Of a stretch of DNA of 64,000 nucleotides, positions 1 to 9,671 are shown one piece after another. How positions within the stretch are numbered: position 1 is the stretch's first letter; every line of letters begins with the position of its first letter. The notes below the pieces were generated by a model. That model was not told the origin of the DNA, made no database searches, and was given only the letters and a program-made list of their open reading frames with translations. Position numbers and translations under genes: made by a program. The stretch is from a virus: positions 64,001-128,000 of IMG/VR virus record IMGVR_UViG_3300044733_003647; one strand, written 5' to 3'.

Positions 1-1
1 A

Positions 2-667
2 AGTAATCTTTCCAGTGGTACTGTTCCTCTCGCTAGACTGAGTGGCATCACAACCACACAATTGAGTGCTAGTGCTGGTATTACGAATACACAGTTGTCA
101 AGTAGCACAATTTCTGGTGTTTCCTTGGGTGGAACTTTATCTTCACACTCAGCGGGAACATATTTGGTTGGTGATGTTTACAATGGCAGCACATCAAGAA
201 CATGGTCTGTTGATGCCACGACAACAGGTACCGCAAATAAAATTGCTGCAAGAGATGGTTCGGGTGACATATACGCAACAGTGTTCAGAGGTCTTGCAAC
301 TAGTGCCAACTACGCTGACTTGGCAGAAAAGTATTTGGCTGATCAAGAATATGAAGTTGGAACAGTTGTTGCTGTTGGTGGCGAAGCAGAAGTTACCGCT
401 GGTTCATATGGAGATAGAGCAATCGGAGTAGTATCTGCTCATCCTGCTTATATGATGAACAGTGAACTGGAAGGTGGAACTTATATTGCACTTAAAGGTA
501 GGGTTCCAGTGAAAGTATCTGGCACTGTGCGTAAAGGACAACGTTTGGTTGCATATAACAACGGTACGGCTGTTGCAGCAGTGCCACATGCAAATGACGT
601 TTTCGCAATCGCACTAGAATCGAGTGATGATACTGGAGTAAAACTAATTGAAGCAGTGATTTTATAA
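2..667 (+). CDS. Tail fibre/spike protein, C-terminal part with peptidase G2-like intramolecular chaperone/autocleavage domain (5' truncated by window)
   Basis: Frame is open from base 2; ADLAEKY...GTVV...IGVVS..PAY.MN...ALKGRVPVKV motif typical of autocleaving C-terminal chaperone domains. Confidence 0.75.
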   Translation, partial: SNLSSGTVPLARLSGITTTQLSASAGITNTQLSSSTISGVSLGGTLSSHSAGTYLVGDVYNGSTSRTWSVDATTTGTANKIAARDGSGDIYATVFRGLATSANYADLAEKYLADQEYEVGTVVAVGGEAEVTAGSYGDRAIGVVSAHPAYMMNSELEGGTYIALKGRVPVKVSGTVRKGQRLVAYNNGTAVAAVPHANDVFAIALESSDDTGVKLIEAVIL

Positions 668-749
668 ATTTCGAAATCCTGAGATCCGGCCCGAAAAAAA
701 TCGCCGCGCATCTCAGGTTCCGAAAAGTCATTTTTACTTTTTGATTGTT

Positions 750-1265
750 ATGATTACACTAGATGAGTTTGAAAACTTCTTACACACCGATTTGGTATAT
801 GAACAGAAAATAATCTCTGTCATTGATGATCAATCGCGTCAAATATTTCTGGATGGAATTGGTGAACTATATAAACATACAGGCAGCACCATAAAACTGG
901 AACAAATGGAAAAATACAGTCAAAGTATTTTTCAGAAATGCCAGAACCTTAGAAAAAAATACTCACATAATGGTCCGGTAACTTGTCATGCATTTCTGGC
1001 ATTCAAAGGTTCCAAAAGTTTTGGTTTGCATATAGATCCGGATGATGTTATAATTGAATGTATTTTCGGCTCAAAAACTCTGTTTGTTAATGATGTGAAA
1101 AATGTATTGAAAAGTGGTGACTGTATCTATATACCAGCCAACACACCACATGAGATCATTAATGAAGACAAGTCTTTGATATTGAGTTTTGGATTAGAAA
1201 AATTTTATGTTGAAAAGATAAATCATGGACTTAATGTTCTATTTGAAGACGACGGAAACTTGTAA
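750..1265 (+). CDS. JmjC/cupin-4-like Fe(II)/2OG oxygenase
   Basis: SFGLHIDPDDV...GSKT...LKSGDCIYIPANTPH gives an HxD...H triad; ATG at 750. Confidence 0.75.
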   Translation: MITLDEFENFLHTDLVYEQKIISVIDDQSRQIFLDGIGELYKHTGSTIKLEQMEKYSQSIFQKCQNLRKKYSHNGPVTCHAFLAFKGSKSFGLHIDPDDVIIECIFGSKTLFVNDVKNVLKSGDCIYIPANTPHEIINEDKSLILSFGLEKFYVEKINHGLNVLFEDDGNL

Positions 1266-2280
1266 CTTAAACTGTTTACATTGTTTTACCAGTGGTTCCA
1301 AAGGCGCAAAGATATATTGGAATCACATCAAGGTTGCCGACTGGTTACACAGAATGGCAGCACAAACACAATATGCACCACACGTTCACTTTGAATTTCA
1401 TGGTGGCGAACCATTCTTGGCAGATATATCTTCTATGCAGTATGTGTATGACAATTGCCAGAACTTATGGAAAAGTCAAAGTTGGGGCATCACAACCAAT
1501 CTGGCTTTCAAACTAGACCAAGAAAAAATAGACTTCATTATGGGTCCATTGGGTGGCAGAGTCGGTACCAGTTGGGATCCAGATATTCGATTTGCAAATC
1601 CTAAACAGTATGATCTGTGGAGAAAGAATGTGCAGACACTGATTGATATGGGTGTCGTTGTGAAACTATTCATCAGTGTAACTAAAGGCACGATTGCAAT
1701 TGAACCTATCGAACTACTAGAGTGGGTCAGATCACTCGGTGTCAAAGAACTGGCACTAGAAAGACTGACGATGAACGGCAGTGCCAAACAAAACCTACAT
1801 ATATTTCCCACAAATGTGGAACAGGACGAATGGTTTCTGAAGATGCACCATCAGAGTGAAGAACATGGTGCAAGAGGTTGGTTTGATAATGAATTTCTGG
1901 AAACGGTGTACAATAAATTCGAAACGGGTTTCACCGCAGGCGGAACATTCTGTAGAGATTGTGAAGAGAAGTTATTCACACTAAATGCGGATGGAACCAT
2001 ATCTGGATGCCCAAATTCTGCACCGGAGTTTCAATTTGGCACGATAGATGATGATATAGAAAGCCTTATAAATAGTCCAACCAGATTGGAAAACATTGCA
2101 TGTGAAAGGTCTAGGGATCCTAGATGTTATTCGTGTGATGTATTTGAATATTGTGGCGGAGATTGTCATCAACTAGAATGGGAAAATGATGTGTGTGGTG
2201 CACCAAAAAGTTTGATGAGATTCTTAAAAAGCAATCAAAAAAGAAAAGTATGGATATTAAAAGATGGCAACATTAACTAA
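1225..2280 (+). CDS. Radical SAM/SPASM domain protein 1
   Basis: CNLNCLHC, FHGGEPF; C-terminal CRDC...ISGCP...CYSCDVFEYCGGDC...C. Confidence 0.92.
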   Translation: MDLMFYLKTTETCNLNCLHCFTSGSKGAKIYWNHIKVADWLHRMAAQTQYAPHVHFEFHGGEPFLADISSMQYVYDNCQNLWKSQSWGITTNLAFKLDQEKIDFIMGPLGGRVGTSWDPDIRFANPKQYDLWRKNVQTLIDMGVVVKLFISVTKGTIAIEPIELLEWVRSLGVKELALERLTMNGSAKQNLHIFPTNVEQDEWFLKMHHQSEEHGARGWFDNEFLETVYNKFETGFTAGGTFCRDCEEKLFTLNADGTISGCPNSAPEFQFGTIDDDIESLINSPTRLENIACERSRDPRCYSCDVFEYCGGDCHQLEWENDVCGAPKSLMRFLKSNQKRKVWILKDGNIN

Positions 2281-2836
2281 CCCTATAAGAACACAAAACA
2301 TCGTTGATAGATTTGCAGATTACGTAACCGCAACATCAGCTTCAGGTATTTCATGGGGCACAAACGCATATCCATTTGCAGAATTTGATGGTGGATATTT
2401 TGGTGGTTCAACTAGTGGAAGAGCAATAGGCATAAATGGAGGAAGTATTGGTTCTTCCGGCACAAGAATTACAGCATCAAATATTTACAATACACTTGTG
2501 AATGAAACTGCGGCATACACTTCAATCAGGAACTTACGTGCGATATTGTTTGTCGATGGCGCCGGTGGCAACACCGGTTCACGCCCAACACCCGGTGTTA
2601 TTTACGACCAAACAGCTGTTGCGTACATGAACGGTAGTTATCTTCAAAGCATTGGTACACCAGCAAATAATGGTGTAGCTTCCGGAAATGTCGCGTCTGC
2701 CACAAATCTAGAATCATTCTTTAACACATTAAGAAGTACATATAATAGTGCAAGAGGAAGTACAGTGACTATACAAGTTAACGTCTGTCATGCTTCTTGC
2801 CATTCGTCATGCCATGGTTCGCGTTCTAGGAGATAA
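2264..2836 (+). CDS. 190-aa G/S/T/N/A-rich protein with C-terminal (CHxS)3-RSRR tail; candidate substrate of the cluster
   Basis: Ends VCHASCHSSCHGSRSRR; no Cys or His elsewhere; overlaps the rSAM1 stop. Confidence 0.8.
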   Translation: MATLTNPIRTQNIVDRFADYVTATSASGISWGTNAYPFAEFDGGYFGGSTSGRAIGINGGSIGSSGTRITASNIYNTLVNETAAYTSIRNLRAILFVDGAGGNTGSRPTPGVIYDQTAVAYMNGSYLQSIGTPANNGVASGNVASATNLESFFNTLRSTYNSARGSTVTIQVNVCHASCHSSCHGSRSRR

Positions 2837-2838
2837 TA

Positions 2839-3558
2839 ATGAATGTCGTTGAAACAACTGCGCCAGTATCTATTGATAATTTAAAAAAATATTTCACAGA
2901 CAAAACAACTTTTTTTGTTATCAACTATAAAGACAGTACCTTAAAAGGTTCAAAACTTTTGACATATATTTCCAACCTGGACATACCATGTGATATCTCT
3001 TTTAAAGATTGTTCGAATGAAGAATGCTTTGAAATGATCAAAGATTACTTGAATACATCCATGATTGTTAATGTTCCATCTTTAGAAAGTTCTACGATTG
3101 CAATTCTTCATCAAGCAAAAGGATTGATACCGCCGATTGATAAAGAATTCATTGAACAGAATAGAGAAATTTTGAATAAATGGATATCTAAACTGGAAAG
3201 TTTGACTCTTTATAATATGCATATCATCAAAGATGATGCATTTAAACAGTTCGTTGATAGTTTTCCGGTTGATGATACAAAAGAAATGAACGGAGTTAAT
3301 TTCATAAGTCTGTTAAAACACAAAAATTTATATTCGTTCTTTCAGAACACAAATCAAAACAGTTTAAAATTTTATTCACACTATTTTAATGAGTACGTTT
3401 TTAAAGGTAAGAATTTATTTTCTTACTGGGCAAACGAAAACAATCCTTTATTTTTGCTTACATATGGTATCGCTGAAGGGCTGGTTAAAGAAAATGAATA
3501 CGTTGAAATGAAAAATAAAACTATTCAGGAGTTTAAAGATGTTTCATCTGTTCAATAA
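2839..3558 (+). CDS. Hypothetical protein (rSAM cluster)
   Basis: 239-aa ORF coupled to both neighbours. Confidence 0.75.
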   Translation: MNVVETTAPVSIDNLKKYFTDKTTFFVINYKDSTLKGSKLLTYISNLDIPCDISFKDCSNEECFEMIKDYLNTSMIVNVPSLESSTIAILHQAKGLIPPIDKEFIEQNREILNKWISKLESLTLYNMHIIKDDAFKQFVDSFPVDDTKEMNGVNFISLLKHKNLYSFFQNTNQNSLKFYSHYFNEYVFKGKNLFSYWANENNPLFLLTYGIAEGLVKENEYVEMKNKTIQEFKDVSSVQ

Positions 3559-4576
3559 AGTTTATATCGTTTCAGATAGTTTGATTGATATAAACTTTGA
3601 TAGAGTGGTGCTATCGGAGAAGTATGGAATTAAAATGTCCGAACAATTGGACAAAGTTTCATATGGTGAGTTATTAATGTATGCAGACAAATTTGCAAAT
3701 CTGGGAAAATCTTTCGATAATTTTGTAAAAGCACTACACGATCATAGTTCAAAAACAAACAAAAGTGTTTTGGTGTATGTTGATGACAAAAATTTTATCG
3801 AATTGACAAGTAATTGGTTAATTAGACTATTCAAAAATATGGATGCAAGCACTGCTTGGTTCGTTGTTGATTCTTATCTAAAGAAAACGAAGAAAAGCCA
3901 ATCTTGGAGAAATAATCACTCTTCTTCACAAGTAGAAATATACAAAGATGTGAGTGAAACAGAATTCAAAAAAGTATTTGGTGGTCTTACTATTGACAAA
4001 GTTGATGCAGTGTATACCACAATCAGAGAACAGATAAGTTTAGAATTTTTAGTCGCGTCTTATAAACATGATGGTTCAAACTTACCACAATTAATTGTTT
4101 CTTTAGAAAAAATTCTAAAAAGAACACTACAAGAAATATTGTTGGAGATAAAACACACTGTGTATAAGAACCAACATAAACCCAACTTTAATATTCCATT
4201 CGATGAAACATTTTTTGGCAATTCAACACTGTATAAATCTGAACTACTTGGTAAAGTTGGTGAAGCATCGAATGTTGATATCATAAATTCTTCCGAAGAA
4301 GACATTAAGAAATTCAAAGATATAGCCAAACAAGTCTATATGAATTGGGATAAATTCTCTGAGAATTCTCCCATCATCAAGAAACTGGACTTGCTTGATC
4401 TGCTGCGCGGCGGCTTAACAAAAGAAGAAGTCGATAAAGTTTTACAGATGGAAAAAGAAGATACATCGAACAGTAGAGTTTATCCATCTAGCGACGAAGA
4501 ACACATCAACATCTACTTGTTGGATCATGTATTAAATCAAAACTCGGAACAATTGAAATCATATCAACTTAGATGA
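3539..4576 (+). CDS. Hypothetical protein (rSAM cluster)
   Basis: 345-aa ORF, AGGAG SD upstream, overlaps neighbours. Confidence 0.75.
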   Translation: MFHLFNKVYIVSDSLIDINFDRVVLSEKYGIKMSEQLDKVSYGELLMYADKFANLGKSFDNFVKALHDHSSKTNKSVLVYVDDKNFIELTSNWLIRLFKNMDASTAWFVVDSYLKKTKKSQSWRNNHSSSQVEIYKDVSETEFKKVFGGLTIDKVDAVYTTIREQISLEFLVASYKHDGSNLPQLIVSLEKILKRTLQEILLEIKHTVYKNQHKPNFNIPFDETFFGNSTLYKSELLGKVGEASNVDIINSSEEDIKKFKDIAKQVYMNWDKFSENSPIIKKLDLLDLLRGGLTKEEVDKVLQMEKEDTSNSRVYPSSDEEHINIYLLDHVLNQNSEQLKSYQLR

Positions 4577-5202
4577 AACAAAATGATTATTATGATTTAG
4601 GTTTTTTTCAATCGAATGTACCTGATGATATCTTGAAATTACTTTGGTCGGAAGTTTATCTGACTGAGTGGATGAATGATTCGGAAGAGGGTATCTACAA
4701 ACAAATACCTTCTTGGTACAAAAAGAAAAACAAATATGAATTGAAGAAAGATGGTTCAAATAGATCCGAATATGAACGTCTGATTGGAAAAGAAGTTTTC
4801 GAAAAGACTCCGATCACACTGATAAAAATTGGCAATAAACTTATAGAGAATGATCAATTTGATTTTTTCAGAACTTACTACAAATCACACGAATTAAAAT
4901 ACATTGATCTCTGGAATGGTTCAGAGAGTATAGATTACCATTTCGATACGATAAATGGATGTGACACGCTCATTCTGATTTATCTTACAGACTCCGAAAA
5001 GTGGTCGAGTGAATGGGGCGGTTCTATAACCATGAAGAAACAAGTCGGCAACATTTGTCATTATGAACAAAAAATTCTTCCTAATAATGGAACTATGTTG
5101 GTTATAAACAATGCAAACCCACTTGTCATGCACAAGGTAGAAAAACTTCATAACACATCAATAAATAGATACACCTTCTCTTTTATTTACAAGTGGTTTT
5201 AA
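4573..5202 (+). CDS. 2OG-Fe(II) oxygenase
   Basis: YHFD...LILIYL...WGG...MHKV...RYTF (HxD...H...R); ATGA overlap. Confidence 0.85.
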   Translation: MKQNDYYDLGFFQSNVPDDILKLLWSEVYLTEWMNDSEEGIYKQIPSWYKKKNKYELKKDGSNRSEYERLIGKEVFEKTPITLIKIGNKLIENDQFDFFRTYYKSHELKYIDLWNGSESIDYHFDTINGCDTLILIYLTDSEKWSSEWGGSITMKKQVGNICHYEQKILPNNGTMLVINNANPLVMHKVEKLHNTSINRYTFSFIYKWF

Positions 5203-5203
5203 A

Positions 5204-6223
5204 TTGATAGCTGAACATGTATTGAATATACACAATAAGAGACCAGATACTGGTGAAATTATTGTAACACTGTTTGAATATTGTGATCTGAGTTGTTTAT
5301 TCTGCAACCAAGACCACGATAGCTATGAGGGTATCGATACAATAGTTGGTAAATTTGACTCAATTAAATTGTCAATTGACCAGCAAATAAAAAAAGGCAA
5401 AAAGCAAATCTCCATACACATGATGGGTGGAGAATTATTCTCGGATACAGTAGAAGATAAAGTATTCGACGACTACGCCGAACTCACCAAGAAATTACTG
5501 GCATACGGCAAAGAAATAAACATACCTTTAGAAGTTTCTTTCATTACCAACTTTATATGGGAAAAGAAACAAAGAATAAAGAAATTTCTGGACGATAACG
5601 AAATATCGGTTATGACTAGTTATGACCCGTCAGGTAGATTCAACAAAAAAACTTTTGAAGTCTACAAAAAAAACATACAAGATTTTAAAGAATATATAAT
5701 CAGTGTCAACGTCATTATGACGAAGCCAAATATAGATAAATTCATGTCGGACAATGTACCGTTTTTTGATTACTTGTACGAAAACTTTCCAATCTATTTT
5801 GATTATTATGGACCAGGAAAAAACCATGAATTTCTAATGGCGAAAGACATTGAGATTCGTGACTTTATGAAGTACATGTTTGAGAACTGGAACAATTGTC
5901 ATCCGTTCAAAACATTTGCCAATAAAACCGCAAACAAAATGTCATGCATGGATACGCATACTGTTATGCCATCTGGAAAATGGGGTGGTTGTGGTTACTT
6001 TGAGAATTTGGAGAAAGTTATACCTATTAAAGTTGTGACTGAACAACAATGGTTTGATAGTTACAATTGTTACGAATGCGAACACCTACAAAGGTGTACT
6101 ATGGGGTGTTTTATGAGCAATCACGTGAAAGACATGAGAACTCAAGACACATGTTGGTTAAAAGAAGTCTATGACTATGTTGATTTAAAAGTTGGAAACG
6201 AAAATGATATTACCATTAATTGA
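5204..6223 (+). CDS. Radical SAM/SPASM-like protein 2
   Basis: CDLSCLFC, MGGE; C-terminal CMD...GGCG...CYECEHLQRCTMGC...C; TTG start. Confidence 0.88.
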   Translation: MIAEHVLNIHNKRPDTGEIIVTLFEYCDLSCLFCNQDHDSYEGIDTIVGKFDSIKLSIDQQIKKGKKQISIHMMGGELFSDTVEDKVFDDYAELTKKLLAYGKEINIPLEVSFITNFIWEKKQRIKKFLDDNEISVMTSYDPSGRFNKKTFEVYKKNIQDFKEYIISVNVIMTKPNIDKFMSDNVPFFDYLYENFPIYFDYYGPGKNHEFLMAKDIEIRDFMKYMFENWNNCHPFKTFANKTANKMSCMDTHTVMPSGKWGGCGYFENLEKVIPIKVVTEQQWFDSYNCYECEHLQRCTMGCFMSNHVKDMRTQDTCWLKEVYDYVDLKVGNENDITIN

Positions 6224-7304
6224 ATTAAACAAAGATTTCATTGCCTCGGAGGCAATTCATTACGTTCAAAGAACATATACAGATTTTAAATTTGAATATG
6301 ACTTGCTTCGCAGAGACATACACATGGTCATCGACATATTCATGGGTGAATTGCATGTGGAAGGTGGTGTTTACTCCTATGATATCGAAGAAGGTAAAGA
6401 TGATTCTTACTTTCAACTGAACAGATACAAAAGGTCGTTTACAGTTTTCAGAAATCATTCAGATGAAACAATAAACTGTATACAATACACGGCAAACTTA
6501 ATAAAAGATGTAATCACAAATAAAAAAATTCAACCAGTTTACAATACACAATTTGAACAACTGTATGATACTAAACAAAAATTCAATGAAGAAAAACTAG
6601 GTGAATTTGATACGATTTGTGGATTGATTGTTGCGAATTCTGCCGCAGGTTCAAACAGAAATTACCATATTGATTTCATTGAAGAATATTTCGATAAAGG
6701 TTTCGTTGTGACCAAAATTCCTCCTCATATTCACGAAAGATTATGGGAAGAAGTCAGAAATACCAAATGGATCGATGCAAAGAAATCAACTTACAAAAAA
6801 GTTCCAGACTGGTATCACGAAAACGAAAAACATTATGTTGATCCTACCGGATATGATAGACCATCTTACGAAAGAAAAATTGGTGCAGACATTTTCACAA
6901 ATGCACCAAAGAGTTTAATTGATATTTCGGATGATCTGATCAAAGATGATACATTCTCACCTTTAAGGATGTATAGACCACCAAATGCCATCACAAAGTA
7001 TCTTCATTTCTGGAATGGCAGTGAGAATTCACCACATCACGTTGATGCAATCGATGGTTCTGACCTAATGGTTTTCTGTTATCTGACAGAAGAAAAGGAC
7101 TGGAAAGAAGAGTGGGGTGGTTACATTAATATTATGAAAGAAGTGAATTCAGAAATAACAAACACCAAAACCATTTTACCAAACGATGGTGTCATGGTAT
7201 TGGTAAACAATTCTGCACCAATCTTCAAACATGGCATTCGGAACTTAATCAAACGCGACATTAATAGATACACATTCATCTTTCATTACACTTGGACATA
7301 TTGA
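6204..7304 (+). CDS. 2OG-Fe(II) oxygenase with N-terminal extension (paralogue of 4573..5202)
   Basis: WNGSE..HHVDAIDGSD...WGG...FKHG...RYTF; ATG at 6204. Confidence 0.85.
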   Translation: MILPLIELNKDFIASEAIHYVQRTYTDFKFEYDLLRRDIHMVIDIFMGELHVEGGVYSYDIEEGKDDSYFQLNRYKRSFTVFRNHSDETINCIQYTANLIKDVITNKKIQPVYNTQFEQLYDTKQKFNEEKLGEFDTICGLIVANSAAGSNRNYHIDFIEEYFDKGFVVTKIPPHIHERLWEEVRNTKWIDAKKSTYKKVPDWYHENEKHYVDPTGYDRPSYERKIGADIFTNAPKSLIDISDDLIKDDTFSPLRMYRPPNAITKYLHFWNGSENSPHHVDAIDGSDLMVFCYLTEEKDWKEEWGGYINIMKEVNSEITNTKTILPNDGVMVLVNNSAPIFKHGIRNLIKRDINRYTFIFHYTWTY

Positions 7305-7319
7305 ATCTAAAATTTTGTC

Positions 7320-8390
7320 ATGGAATTAATTATTAAACCCACTGAAAAGTGTAACTTCAAGTGTACCTTTTGTTCAAGTACGCACATCACCGATGATAAG
7401 ACAGCGGAGTTGGATCACGAATATATCTTTAAGTTTTTAAAGAGATATCCAGAAACAAATACCATAATTGTTAATGGTGGCGATCCACTAATGATGAGCC
7501 CAGAATATTACTGGAAAATAATTGAACATCTGAATGAAATTGGTAGTGATGCTCGCATATCATTTACCAGTAATCTATGGCCATTCTATAAGAATCCCAA
7601 AAAATGGACCGAACTGTTTACGCATCCTCGCATGGGTATTACAACCAGTTTCCAATATGGTGGTGGTAGACTCAAAGGTGACTTGACAGAGTTCAGTGAA
7701 GAAGACTTCTGGAACGTCAGTGATATGATGCTGGACGTTGTTGGTTATCGCCCGGACTTCATAAGTGTTATCACTAAGGAGAATGAACATCTAGCCATCA
7801 AGAACGTTGAACTGGCCAAGGAAATGGATGTGGAATGTAAATTGAACTATGCGTTCAGTAGTGGACCTCCGGTAAAATTTAAAAACATTACCATGGGCCA
7901 ACAAGGGCAACCATATTTACTGGCATATATGTATAAAATATATGTTGAAATATGGAAAAAAGATTTGACAAAGTGGGAATATAACACAAAACAGATGGTA
8001 AAAAGACTGGTTGGTCATGCAACCACTTGCCCACAAAATAGAAACTGTGATGCAAACATCCGAACATTACAACCTAGTGGTGACTATTATAGTTGCGGTG
8101 CATTTGGTGACGATAAACTTTATCAAATAGATTTCGAAAAAGAAATGTCAGGTGAAAAAATATTTCCTTTGAGATTTCAACCAGAAATACAGAGCCTTAA
8201 AAGTTCTTGTTTCACTTGCCCAATGTTTCAAATTTGTAATGGTTGCAAGAAAACAATCAAAGATTTAAAAGACCATGACTTGGTGGAAGAACACTGTTCT
8301 AAAATGAAACTGTTGGCACCAGATATTATCGAGTCAAATGGAATGACAGGTATTCTGGAGCCTACACCGTATGTTAGAGAATACCCATGA
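7320..8390 (+). CDS. Radical SAM/SPASM domain protein 3
   Basis: KPTEKCNFKCTFC, NGGDPL; CPQNRNC...YSCG...CFTCPMFQICNGC...HC. Confidence 0.92.
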   Translation: MELIIKPTEKCNFKCTFCSSTHITDDKTAELDHEYIFKFLKRYPETNTIIVNGGDPLMMSPEYYWKIIEHLNEIGSDARISFTSNLWPFYKNPKKWTELFTHPRMGITTSFQYGGGRLKGDLTEFSEEDFWNVSDMMLDVVGYRPDFISVITKENEHLAIKNVELAKEMDVECKLNYAFSSGPPVKFKNITMGQQGQPYLLAYMYKIYVEIWKKDLTKWEYNTKQMVKRLVGHATTCPQNRNCDANIRTLQPSGDYYSCGAFGDDKLYQIDFEKEMSGEKIFPLRFQPEIQSLKSSCFTCPMFQICNGCKKTIKDLKDHDLVEEHCSKMKLLAPDIIESNGMTGILEPTPYVREYP

Positions 8391-9295
8391 ATGTTTCTAT
8401 TAATCCCAGTTACTTCTGTAACTTCAGATGTGACTTTTGTTATCTGACGGAAGAACAGTTGTCTGACCAGAAGAAAATAGAATTAGAAAAACTAGATGAT
8501 TTGTTATCACAGATACCAAACATAGAACATGTTGATTTGTATGGTGGTGAAATTGGTACATTAAAGAAAGACTACTTTTATGGATTGAGAGACACGATTC
8601 GCAAACACTATAGTGGCAAAATCAATATCAATACCAACTATTCAATGTTGCATGAAGGTTTTTATGAAGATGATTTCTACCTGAGTGTTAGTTACGATTG
8701 GGTAGCCAGAGAAAAGTCAGACAGAGTTTATCAGAACATGTTGATGAGCCCAGTACCCATAGCCGTACTGGTCTTGGCTAGCCCCAAAGTATTACAGATG
8801 GATGTAGATGATTTTATATTATCGATGAACATGTGTAGTAGTGTGAGAAGTGTGGAAATAAAACCTTACAGCACCAACCAGGCAAATCAACATCCCGTCA
8901 CACACAAAGACTTTGAGGAGTTTGTTAAAAAGTGGATCGAAAGCCCGTTACAAAAAAACTTTGAATTCATTAACGAATATTATATTGAAGATGTTCTGAA
9001 TGGTAACCGAAATGCATTCAGTGATGACCACATCTACATCACACCAAATGGTAAATTTGCTGTACTGGAATTCGATTTAAATGACAATGAATATTTTTTG
9101 GAACTGGATAGTTGGGAAGACTACCTTAAATGGACACAAAAAGAAAAACGAAACAACGTTAGTGATATCTGTAGAAGTTGTGAGTTTTATGGTAAATGCC
9201 TGACAGAACACTATCGTTACGTCAAGGATCTAAATAATAGTTGCAATGGTTATAAATTTTTAATAGAGTGGTATCGTGAAAGACTGGAAAATTAG
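8387..9295 (+). CDS. Radical SAM protein 4 (partial SPASM)
   Basis: CNFRCDFC, YGGE; C-terminal CRSCEFYGKC...SC; ATGA overlap. Confidence 0.88.
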   Translation: MNVSINPSYFCNFRCDFCYLTEEQLSDQKKIELEKLDDLLSQIPNIEHVDLYGGEIGTLKKDYFYGLRDTIRKHYSGKININTNYSMLHEGFYEDDFYLSVSYDWVAREKSDRVYQNMLMSPVPIAVLVLASPKVLQMDVDDFILSMNMCSSVRSVEIKPYSTNQANQHPVTHKDFEEFVKKWIESPLQKNFEFINEYYIEDVLNGNRNAFSDDHIYITPNGKFAVLEFDLNDNEYFLELDSWEDYLKWTQKEKRNNVSDICRSCEFYGKCLTEHYRYVKDLNNSCNGYKFLIEWYRERLEN

Positions 9296-9671
9296 ACAAG
9301 AAATTTATCATAGACTCAACACCGATTTCGATGATGATCTGAAAACCAAATCGGTTGAAATGTCAGATGATATTATTGGTAATGCTGTTCGTTATTTCAA
9401 TGATCGTAACATAGGATGGATATATCCAGCCAAAAGTTACATGGTCGGCATATGTTATGCACGATGGTTGTCTGAATATTTTGGTGGAGAACCACTAGAA
9501 TATTTGAAAGAACAGTCTCTTCTTTTCGACAACGACCCATACTATAAAAATTACGAACTGGATCAAAAAACATATGATGAAATTCTGAGTAAGATCAATC
9601 ACTGGAACTTTGAAGAAAAGGGTTTGGTGCCAGATGTGAAAAAGTATTTTATGGAAGAGTTCATGTTATGA
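9276..9671 (+). CDS. Hypothetical protein (rSAM cluster)
   Basis: 131-aa ORF overlapping both neighbours. Confidence 0.7.
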   Translation: MKDWKIRQEIYHRLNTDFDDDLKTKSVEMSDDIIGNAVRYFNDRNIGWIYPAKSYMVGICYARWLSEYFGGEPLEYLKEQSLLFDNDPYYKNYELDQKTYDEILSKINHWNFEEKGLVPDVKKYFMEEFML

